In this document: piece after piece, positions 30,774 to 39,447 of the stretch | Layout: each line of letters opens with the position of its first letter | Numbering within the stretch: position 1 is the first letter of the stretch | Assembly (NCBI GenBank): GCA_963746845.1 | Contig: CAVVCZ010000002.1 | Location: 231,361 to 295,360 of the forward strand | Source of the DNA: an uncultured Chloroflexia bacterium | GTDB taxonomy: Bacteria > Chloroflexota > Limnocylindria > Limnocylindrales > CSP1-4 | Length of the DNA stretch: 64,000 bases | Direction: 5' to 3' | The notes under the pieces: model-generated | What the model saw: only the letters and a program-made list of their open reading frames with translations | The model's database searches: none | What the model was told of the DNA's origin: nothing | Position numbers and translations under genes: made by a program

Positions 30774-31358
30774 ATGCCGCCGATCCGTTCGATCTGCGTC
30801 TTCTGCGGCGCGAGCAGTGGCCGGGACCCCCGGTACGCTACCGCCGCGGCCGTCGTCGGGGAGCGGCTCGCGAGCCGTGGCATCCAGCTCGTGTTCGGCG
30901 GGGGACGGCGTGGCCTGATGGGCGTCCTCGCCGACGCCGCGCTCGCCGCCGGCGGCCGGGTGGTCGGCGTGATCCCGCGCGGCCTCGTCGATCGCGAGCT
31001 CGCGCACACCGGGCTGGACGAGCTGGTGATCGTCGATACGCTCCACGAGCGGAAGGCGCAGATGGAGGAGCTGGCCGACGCGTTCATCGCCCTCCCCGGT
31101 GGGCTGGGCACGCTCGAGGAGCTCACCGAGGTCCTGTCATGGGCGCAGCTCGACCTGCATGCGAAGCCGATCGGCCTGCTCGACGTCGATGGCTACTTCG
31201 CTTCCCTCGAGGCCTTCCTCGACCATGCCGTCGCCGAGGGCTTCGTCGCCGAGCGCCATCGTCGGCTGCTCCTCCGGGACGACGATCTCGATCGGCTCCT
31301 GGACCGGTTCGCGGAATGGTCGCCGCCGGAGGGTCGCTTTCCGCCGCCGACCGGCTGA
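30774..31358 (+). CDS. LOG-family nucleotide monophosphate nucleosidase (TIGR00730-like)
   Basis: ICVFCG, GLMG, HERK and PGGLGTLEE motifs. Confidence 0.92.
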   Translation: MPPIRSICVFCGASSGRDPRYATAAAVVGERLASRGIQLVFGGGRRGLMGVLADAALAAGGRVVGVIPRGLVDRELAHTGLDELVIVDTLHERKAQMEELADAFIALPGGLGTLEELTEVLSWAQLDLHAKPIGLLDVDGYFASLEAFLDHAVAEGFVAERHRRLLLRDDDLDRLLDRFAEWSPPEGRFPPPTG

Positions 31359-31367
31359 GCCGGGTCC

Positions 31368-32819
31368 CTACGGCGCGTCCGGGGCGGATGCCGACGAAGC
31401 GTCGGGGGCGTCGCTTCCGGTGCCGGTCGCCGCGCTCGGCTTCGGGACCGGCGGCCACGTCGGATCACTGCCGGGCGGCCCGAACACGACCTTCGTGAGC
31501 TGGGCGACCCGTGTCGGGACCGGCAGGAACACCGACCCGTACTGGGACTTCGCGCCCTTGATCTGTGGCGAGGACAGCACGACCTTGACGGCCGAGGAGC
31601 CCCCGATCTGCTCCGCGAGCGCCGCCAGCTCCGGCAGGCGGTCCTGCGGCAGGTCGGTCTTGACCGTCGCACCGACCGCCGCCATCAGGCTCGGCAGGTT
31701 GACGAGGATCCCCGCGCCGACGACCCGGTTGCGCAGCGCGACGAGCACCTCCTGCTGACGGGCTGCCCGGGTCAGGTCGGTCTCGCCGAGCACCTTGCGG
31801 ATCCGGGCGTACGCGAGCGCGTCGTTGCCGTCGAAGTGGTGCGGCCCCGGCTCGACGGACCAGCCATGGGTGCCGTCCAGCTTCGGGTAGTTCGGGTCCG
31901 CCAGCGCCTTCTTCACGGTGATGTCGACACCGCCGACGGCGTCGACCATCGTGACGAACCCCTGGAGATCGACCGTGGCGTAGGCATGGATCGGAATGCC
32001 GAACAGCGCCGCGACCGCCAGCTCCAGCGTCCGGACGCCGCCCGCCGGGTACTGCTTCGGGTGGCGTTCCGCATAGCTCATCAGCGAGTTGATCTTCGGA
32101 CCGTACGTCGTGCCGTCGCCGAGCGGGACGCCCGCCAGGTCGCGCGGGATCGACACCATCGACACCGTGCGCCCGACCGGGTCGAGCGACACGACGATCA
32201 GCGAGTCCGTCAACGCCTCGGTCCGGCCCGGCCCCGAATCAACCCCGATCAGGAGCACGTTCAGACGCTCCTCCTCGTGTGGCAGCGTGGCCGAAACCGA
32301 ACGGGCGGTCGAGTCGGCGAAGATCTGGGCGAACATCGCCTGGGCGGCGGTGCCCGCATTCCAGACGAGGAGATGGGGCACCGCGGTCACGACGAGCAGC
32401 AGCGCCAGCCCGATCGCGCCGAGCCGGCCGGGCTTGCCCGGGTACCGGCGATCGGTGAACGCCTGGAACAGCGCCGCGCCGCGCCAGCCGAGGAGGACGA
32501 GGTTCAGGACCAGCAGTGCACCCAGCACGGACGGTGCGATCAGCTTGGCGATGAGCTGTGCGGGCTTGTCGGCGTTCACGATCAGCAGCACGACGAGCGC
32601 GATGAACGCCGTCGGAACACCGAACAGGAGGGCCGGACGCAGGCGCCCGTTCATCGCCTGGCCGGTGCCGGGCAGGACAGATGACAGTGCCGCGGCGATC
32701 AGACGGCGGATGTCGGAGGGTCGACTGTCGGGCCGGATCCGTCGCGCCTGGCTGACGTCGGACGGGCGGCGAGCGCGGGGCGAGGTCTGCGTCGGCTCCC
32801 ATGCCGCTCGGTCGGCCAT
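31368..32819 (-). CDS. LytR-CpsA-Psr (LCP) family protein
   Basis: N-terminal TMs; LLIGVD, TDS, SIPRD, KINS, YARIRK and RAARQQ motifs; start uncertain. Confidence 0.9.
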   Translation of the reverse strand: MADRAAWEPTQTSPRARRPSDVSQARRIRPDSRPSDIRRLIAAALSSVLPGTGQAMNGRLRPALLFGVPTAFIALVVLLIVNADKPAQLIAKLIAPSVLGALLVLNLVLLGWRGAALFQAFTDRRYPGKPGRLGAIGLALLLVVTAVPHLLVWNAGTAAQAMFAQIFADSTARSVSATLPHEEERLNVLLIGVDSGPGRTEALTDSLIVVSLDPVGRTVSMVSIPRDLAGVPLGDGTTYGPKINSLMSYAERHPKQYPAGGVRTLELAVAALFGIPIHAYATVDLQGFVTMVDAVGGVDITVKKALADPNYPKLDGTHGWSVEPGPHHFDGNDALAYARIRKVLGETDLTRAARQQEVLVALRNRVVGAGILVNLPSLMAAVGATVKTDLPQDRLPELAALAEQIGGSSAVKVVLSSPQIKGAKSQYGSVFLPVPTRVAQLTKVVFGPPGSDPTWPPVPKPSAATGTGSDAPDASSASAPDAP

Positions 32820-32884
32820 CGGGTCGGAGTGTAGCTGCGTGTGCAACCCGGCGCCGGGCGCGTCGTGGGGCCCATGATGTCGAC

Positions 32885-33424
32885 GTGAGCGAAACCGACG
32901 CGACCGCATCAGCGACGACGGGCACGAACTACGCCCCGGCGACGGGCACGAACTACGCCCCGGCGACGGGCACGAACTACGCCCCGGCGATCTACGGGTC
33001 CCTGCTGGTGACCGGGCTGGTCGCGGTCCAGTGGCGCCACGATCCGTCGACGGACGGGATCGCTCTCACGCTGGTGATCACCGTCGCGATCTTCTGGCTC
33101 GCCCACGCCTGGTCGGAGGTCGTCAACCGTCGGGTACACGGGCCGATCTCGCGGACCCAGGCGGTCGCCATCGCCCGCGCCGAAGGCTCGATGTTCGCCG
33201 CTGCGATCGTGCCGGCGCTCGTTCTCGTCGTCGGCTCACGGGTCGCGACCGTGGATCAGGCGATCGGCGCCGCCCTCGCCGTCAGCATCGCCCAGCTCTT
33301 CGTGTGGGGGCTGATCGTCGGCTGGGTCGGTCATCACCGCTGGCCGATGGCGCTCGGGGTCGCGCTGATCGACAGCCTGTTCGGGCTCGTGATCGTCGCC
33401 GCGAAGGTGGCCGTCCTGCACTGA
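32885..33424 (+). CDS. Small integral membrane protein
   Basis: IYGSLL...AHAWS pattern with 4-5 hydrophobic segments. Confidence 0.7.
   Translation: MSETDATASATTGTNYAPATGTNYAPATGTNYAPAIYGSLLVTGLVAVQWRHDPSTDGIALTLVITVAIFWLAHAWSEVVNRRVHGPISRTQAVAIARAEGSMFAAAIVPALVLVVGSRVATVDQAIGAALAVSIAQLFVWGLIVGWVGHHRWPMALGVALIDSLFGLVIVAAKVAVLH
32916..32990 (+). repeat. Perfect 24-bp tandem repeat x3 (encodes TGTNYAPA)
   Basis: GACGGGCACGAACTACGCCCCGGC at 32917, 32941 and 32965. Confidence 0.95.
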
Positions 33425-33439
33425 CCCGCCGGGCATGGT

Positions 33440-33483
33440 GACGCCGGGCGATCGATCAGCCTGCCAAGTGATCGCCCGGCGTC
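33440..33483. terminator. 14-bp stem-loop downstream of the membrane protein gene
   Basis: GACGCCGGGCGATC / GATCGCCCGGCGTC; no U-tract. Confidence 0.5.
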
Positions 33484-33541
33484 GTGATCAATGACGCGCG
33501 AACCCTTGCGCGCGTTTCGTCGGAGCGCGCACCATCGCGCC

Positions 33542-34040
33542 GTGAACGAGCTGCTCCGCTCCCACCTCGAGGCGACCTACTTCCGCGAGTACCAGGAGCT
33601 GCGCGATGAGCTCCTGGCGATCCTCACGGACGAGGACCTGGCGCGCACGGTCGGCGGCGGGTCGCTGACGCTCGGGTTCCTGTGTCGCGAGATCGGCGAG
33701 ATCGAGCACGCCTACGTCGAGTCGTTCCTGACGTTCCGCCAGGACTTCGGATACCGGAACCCGGATCCGGAGCTCGAGCGGAGCGTCCGGGCGCTCGCGA
33801 CCTGGTACGCCGAGCTCGACCGCGACCTGATGGCCGCCCTCGAGGGAATCACGGAGGACGACGTCCGTCGGCCGTCGGATCGTCCGCGGTGACTTCGACG
33901 AGGAGTTCTTCTCGCCGCTGCCGCCAGTCCAGCTCGACATCTATCGCGAGGCCCTGCTGATCTTCTACGGCAAGGTCAGCGTCTACCTGCGCGCCATGAA
34001 CCGCGAGCTGCCGGGGCACTGGTCGGACTGGATCGGGTGA
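33542..34040 (+). pseudogene. DinB-like protein, frameshifted near 33870 (real or read error)
   Basis: TLGFLCREIGEIE N-terminal half continues in another frame as QLDIYREALLIFYGKVSVYLRAM...WIG*. Confidence 0.65.
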
Positions 34041-34046
34041 CGCTTG

Positions 34047-34077
34047 AGAGGGGCGCTCAACGCGTGAGCGCCCCTCT
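34047..34077. terminator. Probable bidirectional terminator hairpin between convergent genes
   Basis: AGAGGGGCGCTCA-ACGCG-TGAGCGCCCCTCT, perfect 13-bp stem. Confidence 0.7.
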
Positions 34078-34105
34078 GTCAACGGCCGGCTGGTAAAGAC
34101 GCCGA

Positions 34106-34342
34106 CTAGAAGCGGCGGCGACCCGGGGTGACGGCCGCCGCGACGACCGCGGTCTTCGCGATCGGCGCCGGGCCGGGCCTGGCAACCGCCGCGCCGACGA
34201 CGGCGGCCTTGGCGACCGGTGCCGGTCCCGGCCCGGAGACCGCGGCGCCGACGACGGCGGCCTTCGCGACCGGTGATGGGCCGGGGGTGACGGCGGCGGT
34301 CACGACCGCTGCCTTGGCCAGGCGCGATGATCGAAGTGGCAT
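34106..34342 (-). CDS. 78-aa protein built of four 18-aa AKxAVVxAAV-PGP repeats
   Basis: ATG 1 nt after the upstream stop; clear internal periodicity. Confidence 0.7.
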   Translation of the reverse strand: MPLRSSRLAKAAVVTAAVTPGPSPVAKAAVVGAAVSGPGPAPVAKAAVVGAAVARPGPAPIAKTAVVAAAVTPGRRRF

Positions 34343-34343
34343 C

Positions 34344-34805
34344 TCAGGCTCCTGCGCCGACGAGGGCTGCCTCGTCGGCCTCGACGGCGGCGATGATGGC
34401 CTGGACCGGGATCCGGCCCTGGGTGACCAGCTGCCCGCCGGCATGGCGGACGGCCGACGCGAACCCCGCGGCCCACAGGTTCTCGTAGACGAGCACGGCG
34501 CCGATGCTGCCGGGCTCCATGGTCGCTCCGAAGGTCAGGACGTCCTCCTCGGCCAGGGTTTCGGCCAGCTCGGTCTCGAGCCGGGCGAACTCGCCCATGT
34601 CGTCGAGGTCGCCGAGCTCCTGGGCCATGATCGTCCCGTCGTCGCCCTTGCCGATGATGACCAGGTCCATCACCCGGATGATCCCCGAGTCATGCAGCTC
34701 CAGGAGCTTCTCGGCTGCCTCGCCGGTGAAGTTCTGCTGCCCGGCGGGGAACTCGACCACCACATAGTCGACGGGACCCAGCTCGTCGATCGATCTCTCG
34801 GTCAT
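34344..34805 (-). CDS. DUF6325/DUF1269-like protein
   Basis: LGPVDYVVVEFP, IRVMDL, LVYENLWA and GRIP motifs; GAGGAGG RBS. Confidence 0.8.
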   Translation of the reverse strand: MTERSIDELGPVDYVVVEFPAGQQNFTGEAAEKLLELHDSGIIRVMDLVIIGKGDDGTIMAQELGDLDDMGEFARLETELAETLAEEDVLTFGATMEPGSIGAVLVYENLWAAGFASAVRHAGGQLVTQGRIPVQAIIAAVEADEAALVGAGA

Positions 34806-34999
34806 GACGCCTCCTCGGCTCTGACGCGACCACTGACGGGAGCAGATGCATCGCGATGTTGGCCAGTCAGGATCATCGTCGACTCCGAGACCAACCGTCG
34901 AGGGAGCCGACCCCCCAAGCCGCGTCCGACGGCCGGCAACCCTGCGCCTCTCGGACGACGCGGCGACGCTCGGAACGCCCGGCGACGCCAGCGCCCACC

Positions 35000-35048
35000 T
35001 TGACGCCTCTGATATGTTGCTGTAACCGGTCTCATGTAACCGGTTTCA
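35000..35048 (+). promoter_or_regulatory. Promoter (-35 TTGACG) with two tandem LacI-family operators
   Basis: TGTAACCGGTCTCA (35021-35034) and TGTAACCGGTTTCA (35035-35048), CG-centred palindromes just upstream of the LacI-family gene. Confidence 0.8.
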
Positions 35049-35064
35049 ACGACGCGAGGTCGCC

Positions 35065-36099
35065 GTGACACGGAAAGCCGTCACCATCCGGGACGTCGCC
35101 AGGCACGCCGGGGTGAGCGTCGCGACGGCCTCACGGGCTTTGAACGGCAAGGACATCGTCAACGCCCAGACCCGCGACCGAATCCTGATGGTCATGGAGG
35201 AGCTGGGCTTCACGCCGAGTCCAGCAGCCCGACGTCTCAGTCTCGGCCGGACGCTCACGGTCGGGGTCGTCGTCTCATTCCTCACGCGGCCCCAGGCCGC
35301 AGAGCGCCTTCGAGGTGTCGACGCGGTCTTGACCGATAGCGAATTCGACCTCGTCATCTACAACGTCGAGTCGGTCCAGAAGCGCGATCACTACCTCGGT
35401 TCCCTCGCCCAGTCCCAGCGCACCGACGGACTGCTCGTCATGTCCCTGCCCCCTCCGGACGCGGCCGTGCCGCACCTCAACCACTCGCCCGTCCCGGTGG
35501 TCTTCATCGACGTCCACACGCCGTCGATCGAGGCGATGCCGCGGGTCATTGGCGACGACGCCGCCGGAGGAGCCCTCGCCGCTCGACACCTCCTTGAGCT
35601 CGGCCATACGGCGATCGGCTTCGTCGGCGACGCGATCGCTGATCCGTTCGGCTTCACGTCGAGCCGCGATCGCCAGGACGGCCTGACGCGTGAACTGGCT
35701 CGTGCGGGTGTGACGGTCCCCGACGCCTGGATCGGCCATGGAGCCCATGGTCGCTACGAGGCGCGCGACCTGGCTCATCGAATGCTGACGGCGAGTCGCC
35801 GACCGACGGCGATCTTCACGGCGAGCGACACGCAGGCGCTCGGCGTCATCGCGGCAGCGCGCGAGCTCGGACTTCACGTCCCCGACGACCTGTCGGTCAT
35901 CGGCTACGACGACATCGAGGCCGCCGATTACGTCGGCCTGACGACGATCCGACAACAGCTGCTCGAGTCAGGTCGTCGCGGCGCCGAGGTTCTGTTGGCG
36001 GAGATCGGCGTTCGTTCCGAGCAGCCACCAGTCGTTCAGCTGGAACCCGAGCTGGTGGTCCGAGCGACCACGGCGCCGCCGAAGGAGGGCCGTGGATGA
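35065..36099 (+). CDS. LacI-family transcriptional regulator
   Basis: TIRDVARHAGVSVATASRALN HTH; VPDDLSVIGYDD and LTTIRQ motifs. Confidence 0.95.
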   Translation: MTRKAVTIRDVARHAGVSVATASRALNGKDIVNAQTRDRILMVMEELGFTPSPAARRLSLGRTLTVGVVVSFLTRPQAAERLRGVDAVLTDSEFDLVIYNVESVQKRDHYLGSLAQSQRTDGLLVMSLPPPDAAVPHLNHSPVPVVFIDVHTPSIEAMPRVIGDDAAGGALAARHLLELGHTAIGFVGDAIADPFGFTSSRDRQDGLTRELARAGVTVPDAWIGHGAHGRYEARDLAHRMLTASRRPTAIFTASDTQALGVIAAARELGLHVPDDLSVIGYDDIEAADYVGLTTIRQQLLESGRRGAEVLLAEIGVRSEQPPVVQLEPELVVRATTAPPKEGRG

Positions 36100-36152
36100 C
36101 CACCTCCGAAGGCATTCGCACCCGCTAGGGACAGCATCGAGGAGGAGCGTTC

Positions 36153-37586
36153 ATGGCCAGGGTCCAATTCCATCGAGCCGGCGCGAGACTGCCAGCGGCG
36201 CGCTCCGCAGCCGTGGCGATTGCAGCCATCCTGGTTGCGGCTTGCGCCGCCCCCGGGGCCGTTTCGACCCCGAGTCCTGCGACGAGCGCGGCGCCCACGA
36301 CGGCCGCGCCATCTGTCAGCAGCTCCGGCGTCGCCCCTTCCGCCAGCACCACGGCCGCTGGTCCGAACTGCGGCACCGCCCCCGTCACGTTGAACGCCTA
36401 TTTCGAGACCGGGTTCGACCTGCCGTTCAAGCTCTCTGACGAGTTCACCAAGCAGTTTCCGAACGTGACCTGGAAGATCAGCCAGGATCAGTTCACGAAC
36501 CTCATGACTGCCACCCCGCGACTGCTGTCCGGCGACAGTCCTCCGGATCTGATCCGGCTGCCGTCGATGGTCTCGCTCGTCAAGGACGGGTTGCTCAAGA
36601 ACCTGGACAGCTACGCGACCGCGTACGGCTGGGACAAGTGGCCGGCCGCGCAGCTCGCGCAGAACCGGGTCGCGACCGACGGGACGCGCGGGTCCGGATC
36701 GCTGTACGCGATGGGCCTGAACTACAGCCTGACGGGCGTCTTCTACAACAAGAAGCTCGCGTCCCAGATCGGGATGACGGATCCTCCGAAGACGGTGGCC
36801 GACTTCGAGGCCCTGCTTGCCAAGGCCAAGACTGCGGGTCTTCTGCCGATCATGGCCTGGAACGCCACGGCGAGCGGCGGCGGCCTCGCCTTCCCGCTGC
36901 AGAACCTGATGGCAGCCTACGGACCCACGCAGCCCGTCAATGACTGGATCTTCCAGAAGCCGGGAGCGACGATCGATACGCCGACGAACCTGACGGCCGC
37001 GCAGCACCTGGAGCAGTGGGTGAAAGCCGGCTACTTCCCGAAGGACGCCAACGCGACCGAGTACACGGACGCCAACGCTCGCTTCGGCAAGGGCGAAGGT
37101 GTGTTCATGTTCAACGGCGACTGGCAGAACGCCGTGTACGACAAGGATCTCGCGGGCAATGTCGGCTTCTTCGTCTTCCCGCCGGCTGAGGCGGGCGGAT
37201 CACTGGCGGCAATGTCTGCGCCCCTGACGTACGGGATCGCCGACAAGGCGAAGAATGCGGACTGCGCCGCCGCGTTCTTCAATTGGGTCGCCACAAACGA
37301 GACTGCCCGCCAGATCGATGTCACCGTCGGTGGCTCGAACCCGGGTGGTCCAACCGACCTCGCGGTTCCGCCGGCAGCAGCCGGCTCTGTGACCAACGAG
37401 ACCCTGGCCGCCGGCGCCAATGTCGCGAAGGACAACGGTGCGATGGACTTCATCGCCAATGCCACCGGCTCGATCTTCGCGCAGGGTTGGACGCCGGAGC
37501 TCCAGAAGATGGTGGGAGGCAAGCAGGACGCCGCCGGGCTCCTGAAGGCCGTCCAGGCCGAGTACGCGAAGGAACTCGCCCATTGA
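36153..37586 (+). CDS. Carbohydrate ABC transporter substrate-binding lipoprotein
   Basis: Lipobox VAAC, Ser/Thr/Pro linker, VFYNK and MFNGDW motifs. Confidence 0.9.
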   Translation: MARVQFHRAGARLPAARSAAVAIAAILVAACAAPGAVSTPSPATSAAPTTAAPSVSSSGVAPSASTTAAGPNCGTAPVTLNAYFETGFDLPFKLSDEFTKQFPNVTWKISQDQFTNLMTATPRLLSGDSPPDLIRLPSMVSLVKDGLLKNLDSYATAYGWDKWPAAQLAQNRVATDGTRGSGSLYAMGLNYSLTGVFYNKKLASQIGMTDPPKTVADFEALLAKAKTAGLLPIMAWNATASGGGLAFPLQNLMAAYGPTQPVNDWIFQKPGATIDTPTNLTAAQHLEQWVKAGYFPKDANATEYTDANARFGKGEGVFMFNGDWQNAVYDKDLAGNVGFFVFPPAEAGGSLAAMSAPLTYGIADKAKNADCAAAFFNWVATNETARQIDVTVGGSNPGGPTDLAVPPAAAGSVTNETLAAGANVAKDNGAMDFIANATGSIFAQGWTPELQKMVGGKQDAAGLLKAVQAEYAKELAH

Positions 37587-38557
37587 GTCATGCCGTCGAC
37601 GACGCCACGCCGCGGCGGGAGGTCTCCCCATCGCCCGCCTCGGCCGCTCGTCGGCGGCTCGCCCGGCGGATCCCCTGGGCGCAGGGGATCCGCCGACAGA
37701 CGCTGGTTGGCTGGCTGTTCGTGCTCCCGGCGCTCGTGATGTACGGGATCTTCGTGCTCCAGCCGCTCGCCCTGACCGTGCAGTACTCGCTGTATCGCTG
37801 GGACGGCGTCGGCCCCGCGACGTGGGTGGGTCTCTCGAACTACGCGACCGTCCTCACCGAGCCGAAGCTGGTGGAGACTCTCTTCAACGCATTCCGGCTC
37901 GTCCTGTTCTACAGCCTGGTTCCGGTGTCTCTCGGCCTCGTGACCGCCAGCGTGATTTATCGCATCGCGAGCGGGAGGCTGGGGACGGTCTCGCGGACGG
38001 TGCTCTTTCTGCCGCAGGTGATTCCCCTCGTCGCCGCGGGGATCATCTGGGGCCGGCTGCTGTCCCTGACCGGACTGATCAATCAATTTCTCTCGGCGAT
38101 CGGCCTCGGGGACGTCGCTCGGGCCTGGCTGGGCGACTTCGACACGGCGCTCCCGGCCGTCGGACTGATCGGCGTGTGGGTCCTGCTCGGCTTCTGCACG
38201 GTCCTCCTCCTGACGGGCATGGCCAGGATCGACACGGCACTCTTCGAGTCGGCCCGGATCGATGGCGCGGGCTGGCGCCAGGAGTTCGTCGGGATCACGG
38301 TGCCGAGCCTCCGCAATGAGATCGGTGTGTGTGTCACGGTCACGGTCATTGCGGCCCTCGCGGCCTTCGACATCGTCTATGTGACGACAGGCGGGGGACC
38401 GGGCAACGCCACGGCCGTCCCGGGGATCCAGATCTACATCCTGGCGTTCCTGGAACGACAGGTCGGGCTGGCGTCTGCCCTTGCCGTCGTACTCGTGATC
38501 CTCGTGCTGGTCGTGATCCTGCCGATCCAGCGCCTGAGCCGCGGAGACGGGCAATGA
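37583..38557 (+). CDS. Carbohydrate ABC transporter permease
   Basis: WVGLSNY and the EAA motif ESARIDGA. Confidence 0.9.
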   Translation: MSHAVDDATPRREVSPSPASAARRRLARRIPWAQGIRRQTLVGWLFVLPALVMYGIFVLQPLALTVQYSLYRWDGVGPATWVGLSNYATVLTEPKLVETLFNAFRLVLFYSLVPVSLGLVTASVIYRIASGRLGTVSRTVLFLPQVIPLVAAGIIWGRLLSLTGLINQFLSAIGLGDVARAWLGDFDTALPAVGLIGVWVLLGFCTVLLLTGMARIDTALFESARIDGAGWRQEFVGITVPSLRNEIGVCVTVTVIAALAAFDIVYVTTGGGPGNATAVPGIQIYILAFLERQVGLASALAVVLVILVLVVILPIQRLSRGDGQ

Positions 38558-39378
38558 GGGTGGCGCGAAGCGAGCTGTACGCCGGCCGGGTTCTCCTCCT
38601 GTCCCTCATCGCCATCACGATCTTGCCGTTCGTCAGCATCTTCACGACCGCGCTCTATCCATCGGGCAGCGTTCCGAGCGGTCTCGGGTTGCCGGCGAAC
38701 CCGCAGTGGGGCAACTTCGTCGAGGCGTTCAAGGTCGCGAACATGAGCGCGCTGCTGGCCTCGAGTGTGTTCATCGTGATCGCGGTCGTGCCGATCTCTC
38801 TGGTCATCTCCACCATGGCCGGCTTCGGCATCGGCCTGCTTCGCATCCCCGGCGCAGGCTTGCTGCTCCTCCTGTTCGTGTTCGGGCTGACGTTGCCGTT
38901 CGAGGGGATCATTACCCCCCTCTACTTCCTCGCCCGCCAGCTGGGGATTCTCAATACGCGGCTCGCGATCGTCCTCCCGCTCATCGGACTGTTCATGCCA
39001 TTCGCCGTGTTCTGGATGCGAGCCCACTTCGTCAACATGCCGAGGGAGATCTCGGAAGCGGCGAGGGTCGACGGCGCGAGCACATGGGATCTGTTCTGGC
39101 GGATCCATGTACCGCTTGCCCGGGCCCCGATGGCGTCACTGGGAATCCTGATGTCCGTGTGGGCCTGGAACCAGTTCCTTCTGGCTCTGGTCCTCGTGGA
39201 GGACCCCACCCAGCGAACGATGGCGGGGGCTTTGGGCGCGTTCCAGGGTCACTACGCGACGGACATCCCGCTGCTCTGCGCCGGGACGATCCTGATCCTC
39301 CTGCCCACCTTGGTCGTCTTCATCGTGTTCCAGCGCCACGTCATCACGGCACTGCTTCAAGGGTCGGTCAAGGGATGA
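38554..39378 (+). CDS. Carbohydrate ABC transporter permease
   Basis: EAARVDGA, WNQFL and C-terminal GSVKG. Confidence 0.92.
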   Translation: MRVARSELYAGRVLLLSLIAITILPFVSIFTTALYPSGSVPSGLGLPANPQWGNFVEAFKVANMSALLASSVFIVIAVVPISLVISTMAGFGIGLLRIPGAGLLLLLFVFGLTLPFEGIITPLYFLARQLGILNTRLAIVLPLIGLFMPFAVFWMRAHFVNMPREISEAARVDGASTWDLFWRIHVPLARAPMASLGILMSVWAWNQFLLALVLVEDPTQRTMAGALGAFQGHYATDIPLLCAGTILILLPTLVVFIVFQRHVITALLQGSVKG

Positions 39379-39447
39379 CGATCCGGAACGCCGCTTTCGA
39401 TGCCCTGCGTTCCTCGATCGGCGCCTGAGAACCGGCGCGCGACCCCG

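Noticed and set aside
32916-32990. Possible mini-CRISPR array
   Set aside because: Repeats are contiguous with no spacers, lie in frame in a CDS, and no cas genes are present
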